A DNA stretch of 64,000 nt from Azolla caroliniana (GCA_043228905.1 JBHGNT010000001.1:25234001-25298000); one strand, 5' to 3'; counted from the stretch's first letter, positions 28,051-40,230 are shown. Made by a program: numbers and translations. The notes: generated by a model not told the origin, from the letters alone.

Positions 28051-28777
28051 AACGGATCGTAGAGTTATATAGGGGTCATTTAGATCGCCACGTCATATAT
28101 GTCTACAAATACATGGAGATTTTGTCTTGGCATGCTCATCCGTCATGCTTGTTCTTCCATTTCGTCCAAAGTTTGCAATATGTGGTTTGGATTTCTTGCA
28201 CCTCGCACTCCATTTCTGGTAAATGGCATATCCCACCCCCATATTTGGGCATTGTTTGTTTAGGAGAAGAGAAGTAGCGTTTGCGTAGGGGTGATTATTA
28301 CTATTGTCAACTATTTTGAGACTAGCGCCTTCTTGGTCATGTTTCATCACCATGAACGGGGGATTGCACGAGTGCCACATACACGAACGAATTCACGCCA
28401 CGATTAGTGCTCAAGAAGTGTGAGGGTGCATCGAACGTACATGCACAATGCATTGGTGTTTCCCTCCCCCATTATTCGGCAACTCCTATAACCCTCGCCA
28501 TCAAGGCCTGGTTTGTACGTCACACAACGTTAGCCTGCTAGCATCGAAAGTAAAAATTTGTGCAAAAGAGAAAATTGAGGTGAGGTTGATGTATATGCTA
28601 TGTGATCTCTTCCCTTTCTCTCTCTATATATCTTATACATACCTGATAGACATATACATATAGGAACCAATGAGTGAGGATAGGATTAGTAGTAGTAGTA
28701 GTAGTAGTAGTAGTAGAAGTAGTGTCTCATGGGGAAGGAATACAAACAAAACCAACACAAGAAAGAATAGATTCAAT

Positions 28778-28817
28778 GTCCCACATACATAGGATGGAAA
28801 GCAGGGTAGCTATAAAA
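28778..28817 (+). promoter_or_regulatory. U1 snRNA promoter: USE GTCCCACATAC (28778-28788) and TATA box (28811-28817)
   Basis: Matches the plant USE consensus RTCCCACATCG; TATAAAA at -32. Confidence 0.85.
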
Positions 28818-28842
28818 AGAAGGCGCTGAACACTGAGAGAAC

Positions 28843-29006
28843 ATACTTACCTGGGCGGGGTCGATCGGTGATCAGGAAGGCCGATGGCTTAGGGCCGGCG
28901 CCTCCATTGCACTGCCGGAGGGGCTGTTTGCCCTAGCATCTCCCCAATGCGGGAGAGTGCACGTCATAATTTGTGGCAGCGGGGGCTCGCGTTCGCGCGG
29001 CCCCTT
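28843..29006 (+). ncRNA. U1: U1 spliceosomal snRNA
   Basis: 5' ATACTTACCTGG, loop I GATCAGGAAG, loop II CATTGCAC, Sm site AATTTGTG, terminal GC-rich stem with TTCG loop; upstream USE and TATA. Confidence 0.97.
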
Positions 29007-29658
29007 TCAAATCTAACACCAAAATCAGAGGCAGAGAACAATTACCTTTCTTCGCTATAATTGTCCTAAATTATCAGTCAAAGCTTCATCTATTCCAATC
29101 AATACATAGAGACTGCACTGGAAAATCGTTCCCTCTGAAAACACCATTTACATATATTTAGAAGGCCTAACTAAGATTTGACAACAGGTCAGGTGGGATG
29201 CGCTTGCCTATATTAACATATAAATCCTATCCTTACACCCCCACCATAATATTTGCTAGGACACGAAGTGCTTTGCCGTGTAGGATTTGCAGAGAACCTT
29301 TGGTATAGACATTTCATAGTTCGATAGCGCCACATTCCATATCCATCCATACATAGCCCCATGGGAAGGAAGCGTAGAGAGAAATGTGGTTAGGTAGTCA
29401 GGGCGGGGAGCCATTCATTATACACAGCAGCCCTACACTACCTGGCCATTGCGTGCGTGTTGGAAAGGCCTCGGAATAGACAAACATGCTATAAGCTCTA
29501 GTGAACTTCTTGCTGTGGGCAGCTACCCACAATGCCCGAGTCGCTCAGATCCATCCACCTATCTATATCTATATATCCATCATATCGTTATATCTATCAA
29601 TCTACACACACACATATATATATCCCCTACCGTGCTTTCCACAGAAATATATATATAT

Positions 29659-30050
29659 ATCAAGTTCCCCATCATATCTAATATATGCCCTAGATTGGCT
29701 TCCACATGAATATAACTCCGATTTCTCCATAACACCAGTCTCTACAGAAAGTAGAGATTTGAACCGAGTTTCTCAGACAAATGAAGTTCTATAACCATAT
29801 ATTCCTTTTTTTTCTCTCTTTCAGTAGAAAGATTACTTCGGATTGGAGAGGGGGATATATGTAATCAAGTTCCCCATCATTTATAATTCATGACCAGGTT
29901 GGCTTCTACATGAATATAAATCAGACTCCTCCATCACGCATCTCTCTCAAGAAAGTAGAAATTTCAGTGTTCCTCGTAGAAACGAAGTTCTACCACAATA
30001 CATTGTTTTGTTTCTTTCAGTAGAAAGATTAGGTGGGATTGGAGAGGGGG
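29659..30050. repeat. ~200-bp tandem duplication of the U2 3'-flanking region
   Basis: atcaagttccccatcat...ttcagtagaaagatta...ggattggagaggggg at ~29659-29855 and ~29864-30050. Confidence 0.8.
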
Positions 30051-30252
30051 GCGCGCCTATATGACCTCAGCGTCAGTGCAATACCGAGGCAACGCATGCA
30101 GCTCCCAAAGACAGCAAGCTGTCTCATGCAGGGGCTGCCCCCATGAAAGAAATTAGGTTAATATCATGTGGCCTTATAGGCCACGTATCAGATATTAAAC
30201 TGATAAGAACAGATACTACACTTGATCTTAGCCAAAAGGCCGAGAAAGGTAT
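30048..30252 (-). ncRNA. U2: U2 spliceosomal snRNA, copy 1
   Basis: Reverse strand ATACCTTTCTCGGCCTTTTGGCTAAGATCAAGTGTAGTATCTGTTCTTATCAGTTTAATATCTGATA..., branch-pairing GTAGTA, loop IV ATTGCAC. 3' end approximate. Confidence 0.97.
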
Positions 30253-30277
30253 GAATTGTTAAACTGGACTACTTTCG

Positions 30278-30318
30278 TATTTATATGTGACACCCAAACA
30301 TGCCTCTGTATGTGGGAT
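30278..30318 (-). promoter_or_regulatory. U2 copy 1 promoter: USE ATCCCACATAC (30318-30308), TATAAATA (30285-30278)
   Basis: Plant USE and TATA elements upstream of the U2 start. Confidence 0.85.
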
Positions 30319-31243
30319 ATATCTCTCTATCTTTCCTCTTCTCACATCAAGAAAGCAATAAAATACCTTTTCTCAAGCTTTTACATACACTCCAAAACCT
30401 CAAATTACCGTTCGTCGATAAATGCCTTAATTTCGCAAGTCCACTAAGGGGGTGAGCAGTGAACCATGGCATCGTGTTAAGGGTGTACCCAATAAGAAAC
30501 GAGAGCAAATACTATTTTCCTTTTAACCCCGTTTAAATTAGGCATTTGGAATAAACATGTTATGGTAGTACTCCTTTAACTTCCTTAATATTGCAACACT
30601 CAAACCTTAAGTGTTTGCACTTAATCACGGATATAGGAGTGGTTGGTTTTAATGCATTACGATGTGAGAACGGAGCCTTGGGGCACAAGTGATGAGAGTG
30701 GTTGTCTATGCACATTTTGCCCCAAATAAGCTTGAGAGTATGAATATTATACTTTGATACAATGCTCTCCCTTTGATCATATTCGACTATGCTTTCCACA
30801 CATCATCAACCAAAACCAATCCTTGCATGAATTCCTCCCACAACCACAATGTGCACTCTCAATTGCAACATTCATTGGCAAAGCTCTTGAACATCAAGAG
30901 TCACTACTCACTTTCACATGTATAACGTGAAATGTGATATTTTTGGCTCCATAGGTCATATTTGACCTCCGAAAACGATAATAAAATCTCTCTATCTATC
31001 TATCTATATATATATATACCACACCTCATAATGTGATTGACCTTTACACGATGCTTTATAGCTAACTATTTCTCATTTTCTAAATTGGTTGAGGAGTTAG
31101 CATAGTTGCCTTGACCTTTGTAATTGTTCCCATCATGCTTTTGCCAACAATCTTTGGCATAGTGTCCATGCCTCCCACTATTGACGCATCTATTTGCATT
31201 GGAGTAGTCTCTAACTCTATATCTTCCTCCCCTACCTCTATTG

Positions 31244-31290
31244 GAGTGCACTTCATAATTTGTGGCTGCGGACGTTCCCGCGGCCCCTTT
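31244..31290 (+). pseudogene. U1: Truncated U1 snRNA remnant (Sm site and damaged stem-loop IV only)
   Basis: gagtgcacttcataatttgtggctgcgg...cgcggcccctttcaaatctaacacc matches the U1 3' end and flank; promoter and 5' part absent. Confidence 0.85.
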
Positions 31291-32157
31291 CAAATCTAAC
31301 ACCAAAATCAGAGTCACAGAGTTATGTAGAGAGAATCTACATTTCTCTTGCTTCTCCTATGTATATGAGTGAAGCTTCCTCTGTTCCACTCAATAGATGA
31401 AGAATTTCTCGATGGAGCTTCTTCTCATCCCACTTGATCCGTAGGTTGTCCGATTGAAAATCGTTCCCTCTGAAAATGCGGGATGCGCTTTTGCCAATAC
31501 CATATGATCCTTATTCCTACACCCCCCATAGTCTTTGCTTGGACACGAAGTGCTTTGCATAGATGTGGCCAGATTTCATAACCCGTAGGATTTGCAGAGT
31601 ACCATTGGTATATAAACATGCCATAGGTAGATAGCGCCACATTCCATATCCATCCATACATAGCCCCAATGGAAGCGTAAAGAGAAATCTAGCTAGGTAG
31701 TCAGGGTGGGGGAACCATTATTCATACACACAAGTCCTGCACTGCCAGGCCATTGCGTGCGTGTTAGAATGGCCTCGGCTTAGTAGCCTAAAGAATAGAG
31801 AAACATGGCTCTAAGGTTAAGTTAAATTCGTGCTGTGAGCCACTCCCTACCCAGAATGCCCAAGTTGGTCAGATCCATCATATACCACATTTCATACTTA
31901 CATTCGCATATATGTCTATATATCCCCTACCTTGCCTTCCACAAATATAATATCAGGTTTGCCATCATATCGAATATATGACATGACCTAATTTGCCTCC
32001 AACATAAATATAAATCAGGTTTATGAATCATTGCAGTCTCTGGAAAGCATGGATATGAAATTAAGGGGGCTTTCTCAAACAAATGAAATAATATTCACAA
32101 TAATTCTTTTTCTTTTTTTCTCTTTCAGCAGAAAGATTAGTTGAGAGGATTGGAGTG

Positions 32158-32362
32158 GGGGTGCGCCTATATGACCTCAGAGTCAGTGCAATACCGAGGC
32201 GACGCATGCAGCTCCCAGAGACAGCAAGCTGTCTCATGCAGGGACTGCCCCCATGAAAGAAATTAGGTTAATATCATGTGGCCTTATAGGCCACGTATCA
32301 GATATTAAACTGATAAGAACAGATACTACACTTGATCTTAGCCAAAAGGCCGAGAAAGGTAT
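32158..32362 (-). ncRNA. U2: U2 spliceosomal snRNA, copy 2
   Basis: Same as copy 1 with 5 substitutions, all in the 3' half. Confidence 0.97.
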
Positions 32363-32387
32363 GAATTGCTAGACTGGACTACTTTCG

Positions 32388-32428
32388 TATTTATAGGAGA
32401 CACCCAAACATGCCTCCCTATGTGGGAT
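32388..32428 (-). promoter_or_regulatory. U2 copy 2 promoter: USE ATCCCACATAG (32428-32418), TATAAATA (32395-32388)
   Basis: Plant USE and TATA elements upstream of the U2 start. Confidence 0.85.
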
Positions 32429-32714
32429 ATATATCTCTCTACCTTTCATCTTCTCACACCAAGCAAGCAATAAAATACCATACAATAGCTTTTCGCAAGT
32501 TCACTAAGGGGGCGAGCACTGAACCATGGCATCGTGTTAAGGGTGTACCAAATACGAAACGAGAGCAAATACTATTTGCCTTTTAACCCGTTTAAATTAG
32601 ACATTTGGAATTAACATGTTATGGTAGTATTCCGTTATCTTCATTAATATTGTAACACTCAAACCTTAAGTGTTTGCACTTAATCACGTGTATAGGAGTT
32701 GTTGGTTTCAACAA

Positions 32715-33290
32715 ATGATTAATTGATAGAGATGGTTGCTTGCGAATGATTTATTGCATGAGTGAGTGAGTGAGTGCATTTGCACTTACCAATTTGAGTT
32801 GCAACACACATCATCCATGTAGGGACCATTCTAATGTACAAATCTGAGGCAAATATATGGTCAACACCCCGTTGATATGTGCTTAGTGCAGTGGTAAGCC
32901 CAAATGTCATTTTCTTGTACGTCAATGTTCTGAATTTGCTAGCAATGGTTGTTTACTGTTGATATTTGGTCACCATGATGATTTGGTTGTAACCAGAAAA
33001 ACCATTGATGAGACCATAGGCTTCTTTACATGCTACCCATTCTAACCATTGAGTGGATGGTCGCTTTGTTATCACATTGTTGACCTTTGGGGAGACACAT
33101 TTCATATTTTTGTAGTTCCAAGTGAGTATGTATTCAGATTCCTTGAGAAGGAAAACCATTTTTTTCTCTTCTTGAGGTGTGAAATCTATTGCTACCATAG
33201 GTTGAGGATTTTTTGTATCATTGAGGTTTATTTGTTTATCCTGGGTGGGACCATCAAAAAGCAAGGCCTTGCCCTTTCAGCTTTAGGCTA
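32715..33290 (-). mobile_element. Ty3/gypsy RT fragment
   Basis: Degenerate GFSGYNQI and MTFGLTTALSTYQR (MPFGLxNAPxTFQR-like). Confidence 0.7.
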
Positions 33291-33569
33291 ACAATGGACC
33301 GGGAACCTTGTTCATATGCCTTGAACTACGCGGGAAAAACTACTTTTGTTTTATCATGTTCCAATGTTCTTGACGTGTTGCTTCTAATTTGTTAACTATA
33401 CGTAGGTGACTTGATCATGTATTTATTTCTAGCTTTATTACACATAATTCAACGACTAACCTACACTTTTCACGTTTTACCTTTTCTTAATCTTAACCAT
33501 GGTCTCTCTATGTTCAACAAATGTTGTACTTGGCATACTCATTGTGAGGTTGGTGGGAGTGAATGGATT

Positions 33570-33900
33570 CAAGGATGCTACTAGTTGTAGTCTACACACT
33601 TCAATTGATGTTAGCAAAAGAAGCTGACTCCAAAAGAGGAGGTATGGAGTATCGTGTTGTGGATTAATTCCAACTAGTTTTTCATCAATAATTGAATCTT
33701 AGTGGAATTGTGAAAACATGATCTAAAAACGCATTTGGGAGTCTCTCATTGATGGCCCAATGGAGTGAGGGCGATTGAAGATAAACAAATTTGAGGATTC
33801 TACTAGTCTACACATTTCAATTGATGATAGCAAAAAAACCACAACCTCCAAAGGGGGTATGGAGTGTCTTGTTGTGGATTAATGCCAACTACTACATCAA
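33570..33900. repeat. Diverged ~115-bp direct repeats
   Basis: ctactag..tctacaca.ttcaattgatg.tagcaaaa...ggtatggagt...gttgtggattaat.ccaacta at ~33575 and ~33795. Confidence 0.7.
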
Positions 33901-34510
33901 CCACTCTTTGTGATCGCTAATTCCATCATAAATAAAACCAAATCCAAATGGGTGATCTTACACAAGCCCAACTTTGACATTTGTTCTTGAGGAGAATTTG
34001 ATGCATGATGTATACTAAAATGTACCATACAATCCTAGCAACAATAAATTTCATGTTGAAAGTGAGTCTCACCAATTTGGTTGTTGTACACAATATAACA
34101 ATTTCCAAATGTACATAATAAATTCAAATGCCAAAGAAATGGTTTCATTGTTTTAGGCTTTGTGAAATGTGTAGTTTTTAACAAAACGAATTTTATTGCA
34201 CTCAACTATTCCTATGAACTTTGAACATTACCAAAGCCTATTATGCCATCATATTTTCAATGTGATTAGAGAATGAGGGAGATCCTCTCACTTTTTTCTC
34301 CCCATGTGATACCACCATTATACACACACACACACATATGTGTGTGTGTATATATATAACATGTGTATCATTTGATACCGTAAAGGCATCCATAAGCTTG
34401 AGCTAGCTAGCCACCAAGTTTCATTATGGATATGCATATATTTACCTATTGAGTTTGTAATATTAACAACGATCACTCTAAGAAAAACAAAAAATGGCTC
34501 ATTGGTATAT

Positions 34511-36182
34511 TTATCTCTTCATTTCTTGAAGATTTTTCAAGTATATCATAGTTTCTTTGGGGCCCCTATCCACATTAGGTTTGGATGGACCAATCACTAT
34601 ATCAGAGTGCCATGATTTTATCTCTCTAGCTTCCTGCATGTAGACATGACCACACCACCAAATCAGTAAAGCTTAAACATTTACGAAACATAATTGAGAA
34701 TGACTTCACTGTATATGTGAAACAAATTCATTAAGACTTACTCTCCATCTATAAGAACATGAAAGTCATAAATTCGTGATTCACATTCATCTCTACTTAC
34801 ATGTAGCAAATTTAATTAAGAGTGGACCGTGGCATTGCTTAAATGCACAATGATGCCATGATCATTTTAATTTGACTACCATCACAAATTAAATCTACAT
34901 CAAATCCTTTACAAGTCAATTAGACAAACTTGATTGGCACACCAAGATATTGGCTCATATGGATGCACAAATGTATCAATGAGACAAACAAGTGTCACAC
35001 AAACACAATCATGAGTAGTGTTTAAAGAACATTGTTGGTCACTAATTCGCCAAGTCTTTTTTTCATGCGCGAAATAGTTAATATGAAGCTACGAGAATAT
35101 ACCTTGCACGATCATTACATTTATACTATGGAGGGACATTTCATTGCTAGCAAGAATGAGGATTCATAGTTTTAAGCACGAGATGTAGCTTGAAACTCTT
35201 CCCCATAAAGAGGTTAGGAGAAGCCAATGCTATTGTTCTTCAAAGAGGGCTATTCATGATAGAAAGTAAAGGCATCTTCTTTTGAACATGTTATCGGAAT
35301 TTATTCTTACGATAATATTTCCCAACCAGCAATTTCAGCAATAGTGGATTATGGGAAAATACCACAATTTTACACAATGTCTTTTTATACAATTCTATAA
35401 TTTGGCAATGTTTCCTATATTAGTACCACAAATTTATATGAAAATCCCATATTAAATTTACATCTAAGATGCTCTAATGGTTATAACTTATAACTATTTG
35501 CTAACATTTAAGATCAACCACTACCTCCTTCCTTTTCTGAACGCCCAAAGGACGATGACGGATTAGAAGGAGTTGAAATACTTATCTGGAATTACAAGAA
35601 AACTTCCAAAAGAGTCTGAAGAAAAGTAAAGTGTATATCTCTATCGTATTTTGATCCCCTTCGAGACGATGATTTGGAATGGTCCAACAAAGAAAAAGAA
35701 CAAAACCATAAATACCTGACAAAGGGCACAAGGATGGCAAAGGCAATGTGCTTGCTTGTCAGACAAGGGAATATCGGGCAATCCTTGCTTCGCACGTAAT
35801 TTGCGACGATAAGGGGTAGCAAGACAAGGGATGCATGTGAACCAATAGGCCAAGGGCCCACACAAGAAACAGGCTGGAACAGCCCACCACCCGGCAAGTG
35901 CATAGAAAGAGCAAGCTCTACAAAAAAAAAAAAAAACCGAACCCGAAAAACATAGATATTATTTCAGTAAAGAAAACATAAAAAATATATAAAAAATTCT
36001 GGTTTGGGTGGTGAATGGGATCTGAATGACCTGAGGAAGGGTACCCGGCCATCCGTGATGTTCTTGGCGTTGCGGCCGAAGACAACGCAGGGGCAGAGAG
36101 CCACGCATGCCGACACCTCCAAATCCTCCACCATGTCCCGCCCAATCAGCTGAGAAGACCATCGATTGAATGAGCTCGCCAT
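34511..36182 (-). CDS. PLAC8-family Cys-rich protein (PCR/CNR-like); 3 exons 36182-36031, 35917-35716, 34633-34511
   Basis: Spliced protein WSSQL...ALCPCVVFGRN...YRRKLRAKQGL..D...HCLCHPCALCQ|EAREIK; GT-AG introns in phase. Confidence 0.9.
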
Positions 36183-36238
36183 GGATGGTGTCCCCTCCGC
36201 CTCCTCTCCGTTTCAGTATTTTGGGAAACACCTTCCTT

Positions 36239-36269
<31 letters not shown>

Positions 36270-37899
36270 TTATTATTATTTCACGTGTTTTGCTCATTAA
36301 TTAAGCTTCTCCCGAAACCGTTTAAGAACATTGAGCAAACCGAAATTGTCCTGGGCAGTTCCCGTAGCCTCGCCCCCCCCTCCCCCCCCCCCCCTTGGTC
36401 TCGCTCATCATCACAATACCCTCTTCACACTCATAGATTCCCATGTATCTCCCACCTTTGTTGGTGATGATGAAGACACGCCACGCCCCCAAGCGATCGA
36501 GACACCTTCGAATTCCAACACATTGATGGAGGCTAGTGTACTTGACGACGTTATAGTGCATCAAATGCTTCCATCCATCTGGCCACACGATTGTGATTGA
36601 CACTAATCTTTAAGAAAGAGTCCTAACAAAAAACCATTCAAAAATGTCAATTTTATATAGGTGAGTGCCATGGCTATGCCCATTAAAGCCCCCTCAACCA
36701 CCTCAAAACCAAAAGAATGACAAATTGCAAGACCACAACGTGTATCTCCAAACTAGAGCAATGCCCATGCTTGAAGCATATGGAAGTTTTAAGGGAATTA
36801 AGTTAGCCTCCAAGGGTTCTAGGTTAATGTATAGAATGAGACACGATCCAACGATAATGACAAGTAATTCCAATGATTACAATACTAATAGTTTATTTTG
36901 AAATGATTTATGTCGTCCTCGTAACGAGTGCTCTATGATTTGTCAAGACTTTTGAGAAGAAGTTGAGCTTGAGCACAAGTCACTAGTTTAGACAGGCATC
37001 CAAGCGTGGAGAAGAGTCGTGTGGTCTCTTTATTTCATGGAGAAGGTGTATCATGGTCACCAAGTGTTAATACCACCGTATTAACTACGGTATTTTGTCA
37101 AGGATTAATTGTCCACACATAAGCAATAATTTTATTGTTACCATGGACTAGGTTATGTACTGATAAGACCAAAACCCATAACCTTTTCTCTACAAAATTC
37201 AAAGACAAATTTAAGAGAAAATTAATTTCATGATTAGGTGTTACCTCCTATTGGTAGATGTCAAGATTTTGATTCCTGATATGAGTTTAAGGTCAACCCT
37301 CATTGTTAGACTTCATAGTTTTTACTCCCTAGTTTAATCTTGATGAAAATCATACTCTTAAGAGAACCTTATAGATTCCAAAACCAAGGTGTGTACAAGC
37401 AAGGCAAAGGAATATGGCTATATATGTGTTATAGGCATAACCTTACAAACCAATTCTATAACTAATTTTAATGGGTTAAGGGTATTACAGTCAAGAACTA
37501 GTATCCTAGGATTTGGATAAACCCATATGGACTTATGACACATGGGAACACCTAGTGTTCTATGAGCCTTACCTGCTTCCTTATAACACTTGATTTCAAG
37601 TGTCAACCGACAATGACAATCACTAATCTTACCCTTAAGATGTAGTGGCTGGCTTTGAAACCCTATCACATTTTAGACGAGACACGGTAAACTAGGAATG
37701 GTGATGGAGCGTTTTTGTTAAGGTTACAAACCTTAACTAACAACACGTGGAATTGTTATAGGTAAATCTAGTACTTATATGCATTTGCACGTGCTCCATG
37801 TTTTTTGCTCAATATTACTCACCTTTTTACATCTTTGGAAAAGGCAACCTTGAAATTAAAGGGCATCAAGTTGTTGAAGCTTGTGTCTTCCTCTTATTA

Positions 37900-38075
37900 A
37901 GTAATTCTCATGATGGAAATTAGTGTGATTTGTTAATACTTGAACTCGATGTTGCGGCCCAGCCAAGTAAGGTCTCCACTCCGTGGAAGTTGCCACTATA
38001 GCCACGAGCTCCTTGTCGTAGATGGGATAGTTGATTTCTGGAGCTGTGAATTTTTGGTAGTAGTCCGCCACCAGA
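37900..38075 (-). mobile_element. Ty3/gypsy RNase H fragment
   Basis: EINYPIYDKELVAIV..EWRPYLAG..HRVQVLTNH. Confidence 0.75.
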
Positions 38076-39879
38076 TGTAGGATGCCACTCCCTCCGCTAC
38101 TACCATGAGGTAATCTTTCTCTTTTTCGATGTTGCTTTCTTAGCATTTCCCTCTTTCTCATGACTCTCTTATGATGATATAGCCTCATTAATATTTCCCT
38201 TTAGGATGATGTTAACCCTCGATTGTTGTAGATAAATATGTACAAGTTCTAAATGATCAGTCTCTCCTCTAAGCCCATATTTCTAATGAATGCAAATTTC
38301 GCAGTCTAGGCCAACCAATGTTTTCTCACCCTAAAATGTTTGAAAATTTAATGAAATTAGCAATCACATGTAACTCACTTCTGATTGCAACTAATGACTC
38401 CAACTAGGTCTAGAGAATGTGGGACAAATGGTGAAAATTGGAGAGCATAGAGATAAACAAGAGATTGAGGTAGAGGATTATCACACACACACACACAAAG
38501 CTTGGTGGTGCAATGCCAAAGTGATCCAAATTCCATTATAATCTAGTGATGGTGGTGTTGTTTCTTTCGTAATGAAAGTTACTACTCACAAAAAGAGAGA
38601 GGTAGATAAGTAGATAGATAGATTTTGTTATCGTCTTCTGAGGTCAAATATGACCTATTTGACAAATAATAAACATGATCACGTAATACACATGAAAGTG
38701 AGTAGCAAATCTTGATGTTCAAGAACTTTACTAATGAATGTTGCAATTGAGATTGCACATAGGATTGGGTTAGGTCGAACATGTGTGGAAAGCAAGGTGA
38801 TGGGCTAAATACATACACAAAAACATTCCAGAGACAATACAAAAAAACAACCATTATTAACATTATCCATAAGTGGACTATAAAGCAATCATTGCTCACA
38901 TTGATTATATGCTTGCACACAACCTCATACATATAACATAAAAGACATACTATTATCCTTCAATGCAAGTGCATGAATAGATGTTTTTTTTAAAGTTTGG
39001 TGCCACATAATTTTCAAAGTTCTATTTGATTATTAGATAGACAATGGTTGGTTAGATAAATATTGCTTGTTTTAATGTTTTAATCTTTGCATAAATCGTG
39101 TAAATATTGAACAAGAAGAGCTTGTGCCCTATGTTATTACATATAAATGAATATGCATCATTGTTCCTTAAAGTTCTTTCATCGTCCACTATTGCAACAT
39201 AGATTGATCTCAAGGATGAGTCTCACAAAATATTGGCCTTATTTAGTAAAATAATATAAGTGTGCCTATTTTTTTACAATTTGTTTTGTAACTCCACATT
39301 TCTTTCTTTCGATTGGTCTTCCTTAATATTAAAAGGATGGCACTAGTTGATTTCAAGGGATTCAAAATGATTGAAAACATGATCTTAACACAAAGTCGAG
39401 TTACTACAATCGTGATCACCAAGCTATTATAAAGCCTCATTGGATGACATATATGCTATTTTAGGATGGACATCGACAAAGGAACAAATTGGGATTGTGG
39501 TCCAATGACAAATACAACAAGAGAGAAGATAAGCATAAAAGCTACATAGAGAAAACACCATTTGCCACTTGCCATCACGTTGTGTGCACGAATAAGGGGC
39601 TCAAGTAATTTGGCCACCCTACTTGTCAATGGTGGAGATATTTACATGATCTTCTTAGGCACGAGGTAAAAAGGAGAAGGGTTACAAAGAGGACTTGACT
39701 TAACGAGTGTGGCGGGTGATAATGTTGTCAGCATACAAATAAGTAGTCGATTGGGTTGGGGGTTCGGGAAACACGACAGAAGTCACATGACATCATCAAG
39801 GAACAAAATGAGTGGTTGATGGGGGCTCTGGAAACGTGACAAAAGTCACCGGACATCATCGAGGCTTAGAGTGAAATTC

Positions 39880-40006
39880 AAAATGAACCGAAGCAAAACC
39901 AAAACGAATAGTAAACATTTGAAACCAAACCAAACCATCTATGTATCTTTGAACTATAAACCATTAAGCCACGGTTTAACGGTTCGGTTCGGTTCGGTTC
40001 GAGCCG
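39880..40006. mobile_element. Probable non-autonomous DNA element or MITE remnant with inverted AACCG/CGGTT arrays
   Basis: aaccg/aaacc repeats followed by (ggttc)4, an architecture common in plant non-autonomous elements. Termini not identified. Confidence 0.4.
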
Positions 40007-40230
40007 AAAGCAGGCCATTGCTAGAAGGAACACTAAATTAAGTAAAGTCCACGATGGGATCAATTGATGATTGCACGTTCTATTACTATACTATACCACA
40101 CACACATACATACATACATACATCTTCTTCTTCTTCTTCTTCTTCTTCTTCTTCATTTGACACAAAAACATATAACCCCCCAGAAACAGAGGATCTGCAG
40201 GCAGAGCCCTTCAACAACTTACAAGTGGTC

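Larger units (their letters stand above)
30652..32710. repeat. Second unit of a local tandem segmental duplication (copy of 15007-15345 + 26320-26530 + 28955-30650)
   Basis: 30652-30990 matches 15007-15345, 31030-31240 matches 26320-26530, and 31244-32710 matches 28955-30650. Confidence 0.88.

Noticed and set aside
38418-38430. Additional USE-like GTCCCACAT on the minus strand (also near 44780)
   Set aside because: No TATA at the expected distance and no recognisable RNA gene downstream.
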